From Octopus vulgaris (Eukaryota), in NCBI GenBank assembly GCA_951406725.2, contig OX597835.1:6324001-6388000 (forward strand): DNA of 64,000 nt, given 5' to 3'. A model generated the notes under the pieces. It saw only the letters and a program-made list of their open reading frames with translations. It had not been told where the DNA came from and did not search any database. Both the position numbers and the translations under genes were made by a program. Shown here one piece after another: positions 1 through 12,379 of the stretch. Each line of letters starts with the position of its first letter. Positions within the stretch are counted from its first letter, which is position 1.

Positions 1-149
1 AATAAGAATATTTTGGCCGGATATGGTCAGTTTAAATTCTAAAGAATTTAATAAATGTGGTGATTGTTGCTTGAGTATAAGATGTGACGAGTTTGTTGAT
101 GGTAAATAGTCACAGACAGCTTATTTCTACTGGAGAAAAGCCACACCAT

Positions 150-536
150 AGCAAAATATCAACCATCGAACAAACAATAACTCTGAGCACCTTTTCAAAC
201 TCCACCCATCTAACACCCGTGGACATATTTACAAAGTCAGAAAACAGCACAGCTCCCATGACTTCAGGAAACATTTTTTCACGCTGAGAGTTGCTGAAGC
301 ATGGAACAAACTGCCGGCATCAGTTGTTAGTTGTCGGAGCACTGCATCCTTCAAAACTTCCATGCTTCCTGAGATTCGCCAACACTACACCTGATTTTCT
401 CCCCTCCGTACACACGCAAGCATGTATCTGACTCATGCATTGTTCGCTTTCCAGACATTTGTACATTACTGCATATACTCTGACAAGTTGTGGTGCACCT
501 GAGCACTGTATACAATAATTTCATTATTATTATATT
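150..536 (+). mobile_element. 5'-truncated CR1/L2-type LINE, 3' end
   Basis: Translates to TRGHIYKVRKQHSSHDFRKHFFTLRVAEAWNKLPASVVSCRSTASFK, the CR1 ORF2 C-terminal motif (RGH..K...R..FF..RV...WN.LP..VV); ends in an (ATT)n tail. Confidence 0.8.
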
Positions 537-1463
537 AAAATGACTTCTGTGCCTGGATAACATTACAAATTTTTTAGCTTCATCTTATCCAGCTTCAACA
601 TGGAAGCACAAACAGTATTTCCATTAAGGAAACTATCTGATGATGATATATACACATATATATACACAGACAGTAAGTGAGAGATATGCTCAATATAAAA
701 TGCACGTAGTAGTGCTCAAGTGAATTTGAACTCAAAGTTCGGGGACGTAAACACACCAGCATCGGTTGTCAAGCAATGTTGGGGGGGACAAACACACACA
801 CACACATATATATATACATACATATATACGACGGGCTTCTTTCAGTTTCCATCTACCAAATCCACTCACGAGGCTGTGGTCGGCCTGAGGCTACAGTAGA
901 AGACACTTGGCCAAGGGTGCCACACAGTGGGACTGAACCCAGAACCATGTGGTTGGTAAGCAAGCTACTTACCAAACAACCACTGCGTAGGGTTTTTTTT
1001 TGTAGTAGAGCAGCATGGTTGGGGCAGTAGAGAATGATGAGGTGTTTAAGGGGCCATTTATCCCCCCCACCCCCGAAGTGAATAGAAGTGGGCAGGTAAA
1101 GGTTCGCAAGATTGTATGGGGAGCAGGAGATAAGGGGATAGGGGAGGCAGCCTGCATCTGTCAGAAAATAAGTTAAGTCGGGTTGAAGGGTGATGATCGA
1201 TAAGTCACGGGGTGGGGGAAGAATAGAGGGGTGCGGGAGGGAGTGGTTGGGGGGGATAGAATAATCATAATACAGATGATAGGGGTGGGTTGAGGGCAGG
1301 AGAGAGATGACAGGTGAGGTAGGTATTGAGTATGATGATGGGAGATAGTTCGGTTCTTTTCGCTATGAAGGCAAATTTAAATAATTAAAACACGGCAGTT
1401 CTAATTTCATTAATCTTTGAACAAATTAAGATACACAAATGCGGCTGCACAGGAAAAAATATA

Positions 1464-1887
1464 GCAATCTTTCGTCTCTAGTAGACCTTTCCGTCGATTT
1501 CCGTAAAAAAATTTTTTTTTTTTACATATGGGCTTGCGGGAACTTTTGAAGTAATGAGAGCGAAAGAGACTAAGAGAAAGCGATTGTATGACGAGGGAAG
1601 TTCTTTTGAAGTTACCGTGCATGGGAAGCATTGATGTACATGTGTGTGTGTGTGTTTGATGGGGTGTGGGAGACAGACAGTATGTTGTGTAAGTGAAATG
1701 CTTCTGTTAGTGTGTGTGAAGAGACAGAGAGAGTAATGTGTGAAAGAAAGAGATAACTGAAATTTTTTACTCGGTGTATGTGTATATGTATGTATATTAC
1801 TTCAAAAGTTCCCGCAAGCCCATATGTAAAAAAAAAAAAAATTTTTACGGAAATCGACGGAAAGGTCTACCAGAGACGAAAGATCGC
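1464..1887. mobile_element. Foldback MITE with ~92-bp terminal inverted repeats (possibly MULE-like)
   Basis: 1464-1555 is the near-perfect reverse complement of 1796-1887; imperfect A-rich flanking duplication. Confidence 0.7.
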
Positions 1888-2011
1888 CAAAAATAGCCAG
1901 TCCCTGATTCACAGCTGTGAAGAAGAGAAAAAAAAACAACACCGATTTTTCCTTTCGATCGCAGAATTCGTAAACTGGAAATTCTTCCGCCCGATCCAAG
2001 ACAAAATAGTT

Positions 2012-2019
2012 CCGGAAGT
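2012..2019 (+). promoter_or_regulatory. ETS-type motif CCGGAAGT, candidate promoter of the zinc-finger gene
   Basis: Exact ETS/GABP consensus in a CpG-containing stretch upstream of the acceptor at 4810; function inferred only. Confidence 0.3.
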
Positions 2020-3095
2020 TGGTTTGTGATTTATTTGAAATCTTGTCTTCTTCACCTCAAAGAATAAACGCGAAATGTAAATGACAGAAGGATATTTAAC
2101 AGGGATATAAATCGGCCCTGGTACTTCACTGGTATTGTAGTCTATCGATCCTGCAAGACTATAAAAGGTGAACTTAACCTCTGCAGGATATAAATTCCGT
2201 AATTAATGACTTCTATCGGCGATGCTCTCATCATTATTCTGTGATCGATCGCCATTCATCGATACGTAAGTACTGCAAATATGATCTCGAATTATTCTTG
2301 TGATATTTTTTTACTTCGAGCGCAGTCGAACTAAGTTTATATAAGGGTCTCTCTTTTTTAAGGAGAGACTGGTGAGATTTGGCTGTTATTTCTAGCAGAT
2401 TAATATGTACCTTGAGAAGTCTTTCCGTTGTTGGCATTAATTAGTCGTGATTTTTAATTAAGAGAATATCCTAAAATAAACTTCTCTGGGGTATTTAGAA
2501 ACCATCCCTTCTTTGTTTCTTCCGGGTCCCCGTGAAAATAGAAGCGTTTACCTTTTTAAATTGAAAGGGGTTTCCTGGGCGAAAACAAAAGAGATGTTAT
2601 TAAATTATTTATTTGAAATGATAAATGGTTATCGATCTGGGACTCGACACTAGAAAATAACTTTGGGAAAGACTTGACCTTTCACCTTAGAAAACGATTG
2701 AAAACAGCGAATGTATGAAAAAATGAATTGATTTAAAGAAAAAAAAACAAAACTAATATCTTAAGATAATTGATTAAATCGATACACATAGAAATAAGTG
2801 AAGCATATTATTATTCTGGAGTTCATACAATCAAGACTTGAGTCCGTCTTGTGGCCATCACCACCAAAATCTGAGGACGTACAGAAATAGATTGGACATG
2901 ATGAAGTGTGTGGTATGGTTCTTAACTTTAACTGAAGAATAACAAAGAGCGATCTGCGAGTCGCACTTAATTGATCACCTTGGTACCTTGGGCTAATGTT
3001 ATTTTTTATAACCTCAGCTGAAGCTCGATCTTGATTTTGAAAGTGGGAGATGAAAACTTTATAAAAGTTCGTCGGATAGATTTTGTCTGCATATA

Positions 3096-3489
3096 GGCGC
3101 AGGAGTGGCTGTGTGGTAAGTAGCTTGCTAACCAACCACATGGTTCCAGGTTCAGTCCCACTGCGTGGCATCTTGGGCAAGTGTCTTCTGCTATAGCCCC
3201 AGGCTGACCAATGCCTTGTGAGTGGATTTGGTAGACGGAAAGAAGCCTGTCGTATATATGTATGTATATATATATGTGTATAGGTTTGTGTGTCTGTGTT
3301 TGTCCCCCTAGCATTGCTTGACAACCGATGCTGGTGTGTTTACGTCCCCGTTAGTTAGCGGTTCGGCAAAAGAGACCGATAGAATAAGTACAGGGCTTAC
3401 AAAGAATAAGTCCCGGGGTCGATTTGCTCGACTAAAGGCGTTGCTCCAGCATGGCCGCAGTCAAATGACTGAAACAAGTAAAAGAGTAA
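3096..3489 (+). mobile_element. tRNA-derived SINE family A (CORE-like, resembles octopus OR-type), full length
   Basis: Head ggcgcaggagtggctgtgtggtaag...ggttcagtccc, internal TA/TG microsatellite, tail gactgaaacaagtaaaagag; more than a dozen copies in the window. Confidence 0.8.
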
Positions 3490-3710
3490 TTTATCGTGTA
3501 CAGCCTTTCCACAGAGTGTCTTGTTGGTTCTGTTTGGGAATTGCATTAGAGATGCACCTGTTTGCATTAATGTAGATGCTCAGCATTCTACAATACAGTA
3601 TAGGCACAGGTATGGCTGCGTGATGGGAACTTTGCTTTCCAATCACAGGGTTCTGGCTTAAATCCCATTGCATGGCACTTTCAGCAAATGTTTTTAGGTG
3701 GACTTTATAT

Positions 3711-4117
3711 ACTCTTTTACTTGTTTCAGTCATTTGACTGCGGCCATGCTGGAGCACCGCCTTTAGTCGAGCAACTCGACCCCGGGACTTATCCTTTGTA
3801 AGCCCAGTACTTATTCTATCGGTCTCTTTTTGCAGAACCGCTAAATGACGGGGACGTAAACACACCAGCATCGGTTGTCAAGCAATGCTAGTGGTCAGAC
3901 ACAGACACACAAACATACACGCACACACATATATATATATATATACATATATACGACGGGTTTCTTTCAGTTTCCGTCTACCAAATCCACTCACAAGGCT
4001 TCAGTCGGCCCGAGGCTATAGTAGAAGACACCTGCCCAAGGTGCCACTCAGTGGGACTGAACCCAGAACCATGTGGTTGGTAGGCAAGCTACTTACCACA
4101 CAGCCACTCCTGTGCCT
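3711..4117 (-). mobile_element. SINE family A, full length, inverted relative to 3096-3489
   Basis: Reverse complement of the same consensus. Confidence 0.8.
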
Positions 4118-5027
4118 ATATGTACAGAAAAATGAAGGAAGCATGTCATATTGTGTGTGTGTGTTTATCATCCCCACCACCACTGCTTGACGACCAGTAT
4201 TGGTTTGTTTACATCCCATAGTTTAGTGGTTCAGCAAAAGAGACTGATAGTATAAGTTCATCATCATCATCGTTAAACGTCTGTTTTCCGTGCTAGCATG
4301 GGTTGGACGGTTCGACTGGGGTCTGGGAAACCAGGAGGCTGCACCAGGCTCCAATCTTGATCTGGCAGTGTTTCTACAGCTGGATGCCCTTCCTAATGCC
4401 AACCACTCCGTGAGTGTAGTGGGTGCTTTTTACGTGCGACCGGCACAGGTGCCAGGTGAGGCTGGCAGTGGCCACGATCAGTTGGTGCTTTTTACGTGCC
4501 ACCAGCACAGAAGCCAGTCAAGGCGGCGCTGGCATCGTCCACGTTCGGACGGTGCTTTTTATGTGCCACCGGCACAGGTTCTAGGCTTAAAAACAAAATA
4601 AGTAACTGGGGTCAATACAATCAACTAAAAATTCTTGTCAAAGGCTGGATTTGGCTAGTTTGCACATAAAACAGGTAGAATATTTTGGCCGGATGTGACC
4701 AGTTCAAATGCCAAGGGGTTAACCAGAATAGATATGTAAAGTGTTCAACAGTTGAATTTCCATATTTTTAAGTATCCTTTGTGTCTTATATTATTTCTTT
4801 ATTATTTCAGAAAATCGAAGAATATTGGACTAAAATAATTGCTTACATCAGATGCAACATCAATATTTACCATTTCTTAAAGACTGATGGAAGAGGAACA
4901 GAGAGGTTACAACTTTGCTTTAATAAATCTTTGGAAGAAGTACTCGTTAAATATTTACTCTTCCACCAAAATTTCTCTGATTTGAACATGTACAAGATGA
5001 TTTTACATTATAAATAAACTGGGACAC

Positions 5028-5936
5028 ATGAGTTCAGTATCTTCAAATATTGACATAAGAGAAATAAAGAAGAAATATTTGGGAAGGATAAAATATATAT
5101 TAAAAGAAGAAAAAAAACAGAAAATTATGGAAAATGAATTATGCGAAAGCTATTCTAAAAGGATTGGTTTTTCAGAAGAGATATTTCACTGCGATATCTG
5201 TAATATGACATTTCCTGAAAAAGATGACCTAACTACTCACAAACGTATTCATACAGGAGAGAAACCATATCACTGTGATATCTGTGGTAAATCGTTTGCT
5301 CATGTAACTACTTTAAATAATCATATACATATTCGTTCGTTAGAGAAACAATATCAGTGTGATAACTGTGGCAAATCATTCTCCCGTGCCATAACCTTGA
5401 CTAACCACAAACGTATTCATACGGGAGAGAAACCATATCACTGTGATGTATGTGGTAAATCATTCTCGGGTGCGGCTAACTTGAGCAAGCACAAGCGTAT
5501 TCATACAGGGGAGAAACCATATCACTGTGATATCTGTGGAAAATCATTCTCTGAAACAAATAAGTTAACTAGTCACATGCACATTCATACAGGAGAGAAG
5601 CCGTATCCCTGTGAAATCTGTGGTAAATCATTCTCTGACCCAGGTAACTTAACTAAACACAAACACATCCATACAGGAGAGAAGCCATATGACTGTGATA
5701 TCTGTGGTAAATCATTCTTTCAACGGCGCCAGTTAACCGAACACAAATACATTCATACAGGAGAGAAGCCGTGTCACTGTGAAATCTGTGGTAAGTCTTT
5801 CACTCGAAATGGTAGTCTGACTAACCACATACGTCTTCACACAGGAGAAAAACCCTTCCACTGTGATATCTGTGGTAAATCCTTCTGTCAAAGAAGTCAC
5901 TTAACCAGACATTTATTTGTTCATACAGAAGAATAA
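5028..5936 (+). CDS. C2H2 (Kruppel-type) zinc-finger protein with 9 tandem fingers; alternative start at 5127 (MENELCE)
   Basis: 302-aa ORF with repeated C-x2-C-x3-F-x5-L-x2-H-x3-H units and TGEKP linkers; finger 2 ends HIHIR; upstream acceptor ttatttcag at 4810 suggests a non-coding first exon. Confidence 0.93.
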   Translation: MSSVSSNIDIREIKKKYLGRIKYILKEEKKQKIMENELCESYSKRIGFSEEIFHCDICNMTFPEKDDLTTHKRIHTGEKPYHCDICGKSFAHVTTLNNHIHIRSLEKQYQCDNCGKSFSRAITLTNHKRIHTGEKPYHCDVCGKSFSGAANLSKHKRIHTGEKPYHCDICGKSFSETNKLTSHMHIHTGEKPYPCEICGKSFSDPGNLTKHKHIHTGEKPYDCDICGKSFFQRRQLTEHKYIHTGEKPCHCEICGKSFTRNGSLTNHIRLHTGEKPFHCDICGKSFCQRSHLTRHLFVHTEE

Positions 5937-6040
5937 CAACATCTGTATCAACACTTAAAAGAAATAACTTATTTAACTCTAAATATATTTACACAGATAC
6001 TGTACTGTGATATCAAGTTCTCAAAAGAATATTTTATATA

Positions 6041-6554
6041 CCATAAATCCTCAAGTATAATCTGCACTTTTTTTCCCCAAAATTTAAAGGTCAAAATCCC
6101 TAGTTCGTACTATATACGAGGTTAAAAATGAAAGATATTTTCTAAGCAATGTCCGAGTCTCTATTTGCTGTCCGGCAATGTTTATTCAAATGCATTTTGT
6201 GATGTCGGGCGTGAAAATACCTTAAGCTAAGCCTGAAAGCAATGAAGTCATAAAAGAATCATCCATAATTTGCAATAAGAAACATTTATTAAACGTTATT
6301 ACTGTTATTTCTTTATCTTCTGCAAACAAAATGCACAAAAAAGCTACACGTTTTCATTATATTAAATATACAATGATAATAAAGGACTTTGCTGTATACA
6401 TTTTTACAAACCAAGGACGTTATATAGACCTCCTTGACTCAAGTTAGAGAAGGGGTGCGTATTATACACTAGGTTTAAGGTTTTCAGAGGTACAGCCCCC
6501 TAAAAATCCCCTGCATATTATACTCAAGAGCGGACTATACTCGAGGATTTACGG
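6041..6554. mobile_element. Tc1/mariner-superfamily (Tc2/pogo-like) non-autonomous element
   Basis: ~25-bp TIRs CCATAAATCCTCAAGTATAATCTGC / GCGGACTATACTCGAGGATTTACGG, flanked by TA on both sides. Confidence 0.75.
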
Positions 6555-6991
6555 TATATCAAAAAATATATACATTTGTGATATTTTTAATAAAACTCAT
6601 TATTTCAGAATATTCATCTGTCTTCCATTTATTTATTTAATATCAGTTACAAATTTTGGCTTCAAGGCCAGCAATTTCAGGAGAGGATCGTAGTCAATTA
6701 TATTGACCCCAGTATTTCACTGGTACTTACTTTAATCAATCCCAAAATGATGAAAGGCAAAGTTGACCTCAGTGTCATTTGAACTCAGAACTCAGATGAA
6801 ACACCACTCAGTATTTTACCTGATGATTTGTTTATTTATTTAATATCACAAGCTGTGAAAGGTAGCATCACTTGTTGTAGGTTTCCACTGAGGCAATTCC
6901 AATGGTGAGAATGACAAGAGAATGTCCAATTTGGTACAAAAGAAATATTGTAAGTGACTGTGTATAACAATCATTGGTTTTCAGTTCCTTT

Positions 6992-7393
6992 ACCTATTTC
7001 TTTACTACCCACAAGGGGCTAAACACAGAGAGGACAGACAAACAGATTAAGTCGATTACATCAACCCCAGTGCGTAACTGGTACTTAATTTATCGACCCT
7101 GAAAGGATGAAAGGCAAAGTCGACCTTGGCGGAATTTGAACTCAGAACGTAGCGGCTGACGAAATACCTATTTCTTTACTACCCACAAGGGGCTAAACAT
7201 AGAGGGGACAAACACGGACAGACATAGGTATTAAGTCGATTACATCAACCCCAGTGCGGAACTGGTACTTAATTTATCGACCCCGAAAGGATGAAAGGCA
7301 AAGTCGACCTTGGCGGAATTTGAACTCAGAACGTAGTGGTAGACGAAATACCGCTAAGCACTTCGCCCGGCGTGCTAACGTTTCTGCCAGCTC
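6992..7393 (-). mobile_element. tRNA-derived SINE family B (resembles octopus OK-type), head-to-tail dimer
   Basis: Reverse complement of consensus gagctggcagaaacgttagc...gagttcaaattcc...gcctttcatcctttcggggtcgataaa...aaagaaatagg. Confidence 0.75.
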
Positions 7394-7409
7394 CTTTACC
7401 AATGTTTAC

Positions 7410-7700
7410 ATCATTCATTTGAAGATCATGCTTCACCACCTTGTTCCATGTCTTCTTGGGTTCACCTCTTCCACAGATTCCCTCCACAGATAAAGATCAG
7501 CGCTTCTTTACACAGCTGTCCTCATCCATACGCATCACATGACTACACCATTGGTCATCTCTCTTGCACACCACATCTGATGCCTCTTTGCCAAATTTTT
7601 CTCTCAAAACTCTTGCACTCTGTTGTACCTGCACATCCATGCAAAGCATACCAGCTTCATTTCTTCCATGCCTATGCATGTCCTCAGCAGTCACAGCCGG
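7410..7700 (-). mobile_element. RTE-clade LINE C-terminal fragment
   Basis: AVTAEDMHR..RNEAGML...LREKFG...WCSHVMRMDEDSCVKK; homologous to 30230-30520. Confidence 0.7.
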
Positions 7701-7927
7701 TGTTATGTAACTGGTACCCATGCCAGTGATACACAAAAGCACCCATTACACTCATGGAGTGGTTGGCATTAGGAAGGGCGTCCAGCCACTGAAACCAGGC
7801 CAAATCAGATTGGAACCTGGTGCAGCTCTCCAGCTTACCAGTTTTAGTCCAACCCATGCCAGCATGGAAAGCAGATGCTAAATGAGGATGACGATATATG
7901 TGTGTCATCATCATCATCAACATTTAA

Positions 7928-8146
7928 CCCTTTGGTGTTCAGATTATTCAATCAAACATAATGCCTATTGATTTTCATTGATTTGAATTAATCATGCATT
8001 ATCTCATATCTTCAAGATCTTGATGGTGTAATTACTTAATGTAGAATAACATTGTAGGGTAGGTGTGAGAGCCTGGATCTGGTCGGTTTGAACATAAAAC
8101 AGATTAACTATTTTGGCCGGATATGGCCGGTTTAAATACTAAAGGG
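7928..8146. mobile_element. piggyBac-like MITE
   Basis: TTAA-CCCTTT...AAAGGG-TTAA termini; family recurs through the window. Confidence 0.75.
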
Positions 8147-8309
8147 TTAACGTCTGTTGTCCATGCTGGCATAGTTTGGACAGTTTGACCAGGGCTAGTA
8201 AGCTGAGGGGCAGCACCAGATCCCAGTCTGATTTGGCATGGTTTCTATGACTGGATGCCCTTCCTAACGCCAACCATTCTGAGTGTAATGGGTGCTTTTA
8301 CGTGCACCC

Positions 8310-9105
8310 ATTACCTCTAGCTTACTGGTATTTGATGGAGTCTATTTTCTGTACATTTTTAGTGTTTATTGTACAAAAACTATTTTCCCAGTTAACCTAC
8401 CTTGGATATTATTACACCTATTAAGTGTCCACAGCTTGCACCAGGTTCATCTTATGGAATTTCTACCTTCATCTTTCCTACAGATCAAAAGATTTCTGGT
8501 TTGTCTGCTTTCCTACTTACTAAGACTTTTGTTTTCACTAAGATAACTCTAAGGCCCTTTGATTCTAGACTTTGTATCCACACGTGAAGTCTCTTCTCTA
8601 GTTCTGGTAGTGATTCAGCTACAAGAACATCATCAGCATAGAGGAGTTCCCAGGGGCAGCCTACCTTAAATTTCTGTTATTACCTGAAGGATTGTGATGA
8701 ACAGGAGGGGACTGAGAACTGATCCTTGGTGAGCCTTTACTTGTACCTTGAATTCATCGCTATATTCATTGCCAACCCTCATCTTACAGGCTGCATCCCT
8801 GTACATGGCTTGTACAGTTCTTACAAACGACTCCTCTATCCCTAGTTTACACATTGATCAGCAAATAAGGGATTAGGGGACCCTGTCAAAGGCTCTCTCC
8901 ATGTCAACAAAAACTTTGTACAGAAGTTTGTCTTTGGCTAGGTACTTCTCCTGCAGCTGCCTTACCAGAAATATGGCATCAGTGATGCTTCTCCCTGGCA
9001 CAAAACTAAACTGTACCTCATCTAGACTAACTCTTTTGTTAATTAGTTGGGCTATGTCCCTCTCCACGACTTTCATCACCTAATCCAACAATTTGATACC
9101 TCCAT
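8310..9105 (-). mobile_element. Degenerate RTE-clade LINE reverse transcriptase fragment
   Basis: QFSFVPGRSITDAIFLVRQLQEKY..FVDMERAFDRVP, HQGSVLSPLLF and ELLYADD motifs; interrupted by frameshifts and stops. Confidence 0.88.
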
Positions 9106-9113
9106 AGTGTGTG

Positions 9114-9145
<32 letters not shown>

Positions 9146-9206
9146 ACCAAGAAGAAAGCAACAAGAATGGATTGGTAGTTTAGTACAATTGTTTCATACT
9201 ATAAAC

Positions 9207-9249
<43 letters not shown>

Positions 9250-10717
9250 GTATTGTTCATTATAGATATCAAAGCTTATAGTTGTCAGGACCATCTCTAC
9301 ATAGGAATCCCTGTATGTTGGTGAGTTAGTTCTCACTTCCCACCAGTTGAAAAAATAAGGGGTGAAGGTCCAAAGATGGAATCAGAGGTAAGAATGAAGA
9401 GGTCTAAAAGTAAATGTAGCAAAGAGGAGTCTTAGTCAAGCAATGAAGCACAAAGGACCCTACAGCCATCTGGGAAGGAATGATGTTTGATATGCAGAAA
9501 ATAGGTAAGTAAATATTTTATGTACCCAGTGTATATAAGAGATCCCTTGGAGGATATATATATATTAGAGATATTAATATAATAGCCAAAAGCACCATCT
9601 GATCGTAGCCATTGCCAGCCTCGTTTGGCACCAGTGCCGGTGGCACGTAAAAAGCACCCACTACACTCACGGAGTGGTTGGTGTTAGGAAGGGCATCCAG
9701 CTGTAGAAACACTGCCAGATCAGACTGGGCCTGGTGCAGCCTTCTGGTTTCCCAGACCCCAGTTGAACCTTCCAACCCATGCTAGCATGGAAAGTGGACG
9801 TTAAATGATGATGATGATGAGGTCTATTGCATACTTGTTCAGATAATTTGTGACAAAGTGCAGGCATGGTTGTGCGTTTAACTAGTTTGACTCCCATGCA
9901 TGTGGATTCAGGTTCAGTCCTTCCATGTGGCACTTCTGATGTCTCTTTTTGTAGGCTGTAGCCAATCAAAGCTTTGTGAGTGGATTTGGTAAATGGAAAC
10001 TGAAAAGAAATAAAACCATCATATATAGTTGCAGGAGTGGCTGTTTTGTAAGTAGCTTGCTTACCAACCACATGGTTCAGGGTTCAGTCCCACTGCGTGG
10101 CACCTGGAACAAGTGTCTTCTACTATAGCCTCGGGCCGACCAAAGCCTTGCGAGTGGATTTGGTAGATGGAAACTGAAAGAAGCCTGTCGTATATATGTG
10201 TGTGTGTGTGCGTTTGTCCCCCCAACATTGCTTGACAACCAATGCTGGTGTGTTTACGTCCCCATAACTTAGCGGTTTGGCAAAAGAGACCCATAGAATA
10301 AGTCCTGGGGTCGATTTTCTCAGCTAAAGGTGGTGCTCCAGCATGGCCGCAGTCAAATGACTGAAACACGTAAAAGAGTAAAAAAGGGAGTATATGAATG
10401 TGTATTTGTCAGCGTTTCCTTATGCCGTCATCATACGTTGATTGTAAGCAAGCGTCATCATCATCATCATCATCATAAAGCCATGTCATATCCAGTCTTC
10501 CATGGAAACATGCCTGTCTAACCAAAAGTTAATATTACCTTGCATGGAAAGAGGTGAGGGTTGGCAACAGGAAGGGCATCCAGCTGTAGAAAATCTACTT
10601 TAATGAATTCTCTCTGATCCATGGAAAAGTGACAATAATGATGATCATCAATATCATCATGTTCATAATGATAAGTGTGAAATTCACATCACTCTTTTTT
10701 TTTCACCTATTTTCTAG

Positions 10718-11110
10718 GTGCAGGGGTGGCTGTGTGGTAAGTAGCTTGCTAACCAACCACATGGTTCCGGGTTCAGTCCCACTGCGTGACACCTTGGCCA
10801 AGTGTCTTCTGCTATAGCCCTGGGCCGACCAAAGCTTTGTGAGTGGATTTGGTAGACGGAAACTGAAAGAAGCCCGTCGTATATATGTATATATGCGTGT
10901 GTGTGTTTGTGTGTCTGTGTTTGTCCCCCTAGCATTGCTTGACAACCGATGCTGGTGTGTTTACGTCCCCGTTACTTAGCGGTTCGGCAAAAGAGACCGA
11001 TAGAATAAGTACTGGGCTTACAAAAGAATAAGTCCCGGGGTCGAGTTGCTCGATTAAAAGCGGTGCTCCAGCATGACTGCAGTCAAATGACTGAAACAAG
11101 TAAAAGAGTA
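10718..11110 (+). mobile_element. SINE family A, full length
   Basis: Matches family A consensus; another copy at 10030-10386. Confidence 0.8.
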
Positions 11111-11641
11111 ATAACTTTGTAACACCATAAAATAATTCAATGAATAAGAAAACAAGGTTTAAATGTTTGAATTTTGAATTTATTACACAACTTGCCAGTG
11201 ATACGTTAAAAGCACCATCTGAACGTGGCAGTTGCCAGTACCGCCTGACTGGGGTCCGTGTCGGTGACACGTAAAAGCACCAACCGATCATGGCCATTTG
11301 CCAGCCTCCCCTGGCACATAAAAAACACCCACTACACTCACGGAGTGGTTGGCGTTAGGAAGGGCATCCAGCTGTAGAAACACTGCCAAACCAGACTGGA
11401 GCCTGGTGCAGCCTCCATGGCTTACCAGACCCCGGTCGAACATGAGTTGGACGGTTCAACAGGGGTCTGAGAAGCCAGGAGGCTGTACCAGGCCCAGTCT
11501 GATCTGGCAGTGTTTCTACAGCTGGATGCCCTTCCTAACGCCAACCACTCTGTGAGTGTAGTGGGTGCTTTTTACATGCCAGGTGAGGCTGGCAACAACC
11601 ACGATCAGTTGGTGCTTTTTACGTGCCACCAGCACGGAGGC

Positions 11642-12050
11642 ACATAATTCATTCTCCAGATTATTTCTTCTCTCACCACGATATACCATGTCTCATTTTT
11701 TCATTTTTATATATTCTACCCATAAGAAATTCTTCTATTGCTGTTGATACATAAAGATGTTAACACATTTGAGAAATTTTCCAGCTTTAATTAGAATGCC
11801 AAAAATCAACTTATATACACATTCATTCTATACAGCAAAAAAAAAAACGATGCTAATAAATCCACCGAGTGAAAATATTTCTGAGTAATTCTTCCATAGA
11901 TTTATTAAAGTGAAGTTGTGTCTCATCTGTATCTCTTTCATCAGTCTTTAAGAGATGGTAAATATTGCTGTTGCATCTGATGTGAGCGATTATTTTAGTC
12001 CAATATTCTTCGATTTTCTGAAATAACAAAGAAACAGTATAAGACACAGA
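11642..12050 (-). pseudogene. Inverted relic of a paralogous zinc-finger gene exon (acceptor, 5' UTR, up to ENELC); no finger array
   Basis: Reverse complement resembles 4780-5145, including ttatttcag|aaaatcgaagaatattggactaaaataat and ggagaatgaattatgtg; cut off by a repeat at ~11641. Confidence 0.75.
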
Positions 12051-12379
12051 GGGGTGCATTCTAATACCAACAAGAACTGCAGAAATAAACATTTACTGTG
12101 AACTAATGTGCTTTACTTTTAAATCTGTTTTGAAAATCATGAAGAAATCTCAAAAATAGAAGTCAAAGCTGGCCTTGAGAACGCTTAGCAAAGAAAATGG
12201 GATCTTTTTACCATAAATGAAATGGCCATACTTAGAACACAGAAAAGAAGTAGGTAGAAATTTCCTAAAGTGTGCTGTATAGAAATTAGGGATGTACAAG
12301 AGGTGGGGTGGGACCAGAAGCAATTTAACAGAGAATCTAAACTTCAGGGCTAAGATCGGCCAGATTTCCTTTGTCCGGT

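Noticed and set aside
2761-4219. Recurrent ORFs such as RLPNPLTRLWSARGYSRRHLPK and MTTDAGVFTSP
   Set aside because: Translations of SINE family A copies, not genes
4781-5017. 78-aa ORF with a paralog at 11853-12092
   Set aside because: Crosses the splice acceptor and lacks an ATG at the shared start; the similarity reflects duplicated intron/UTR DNA
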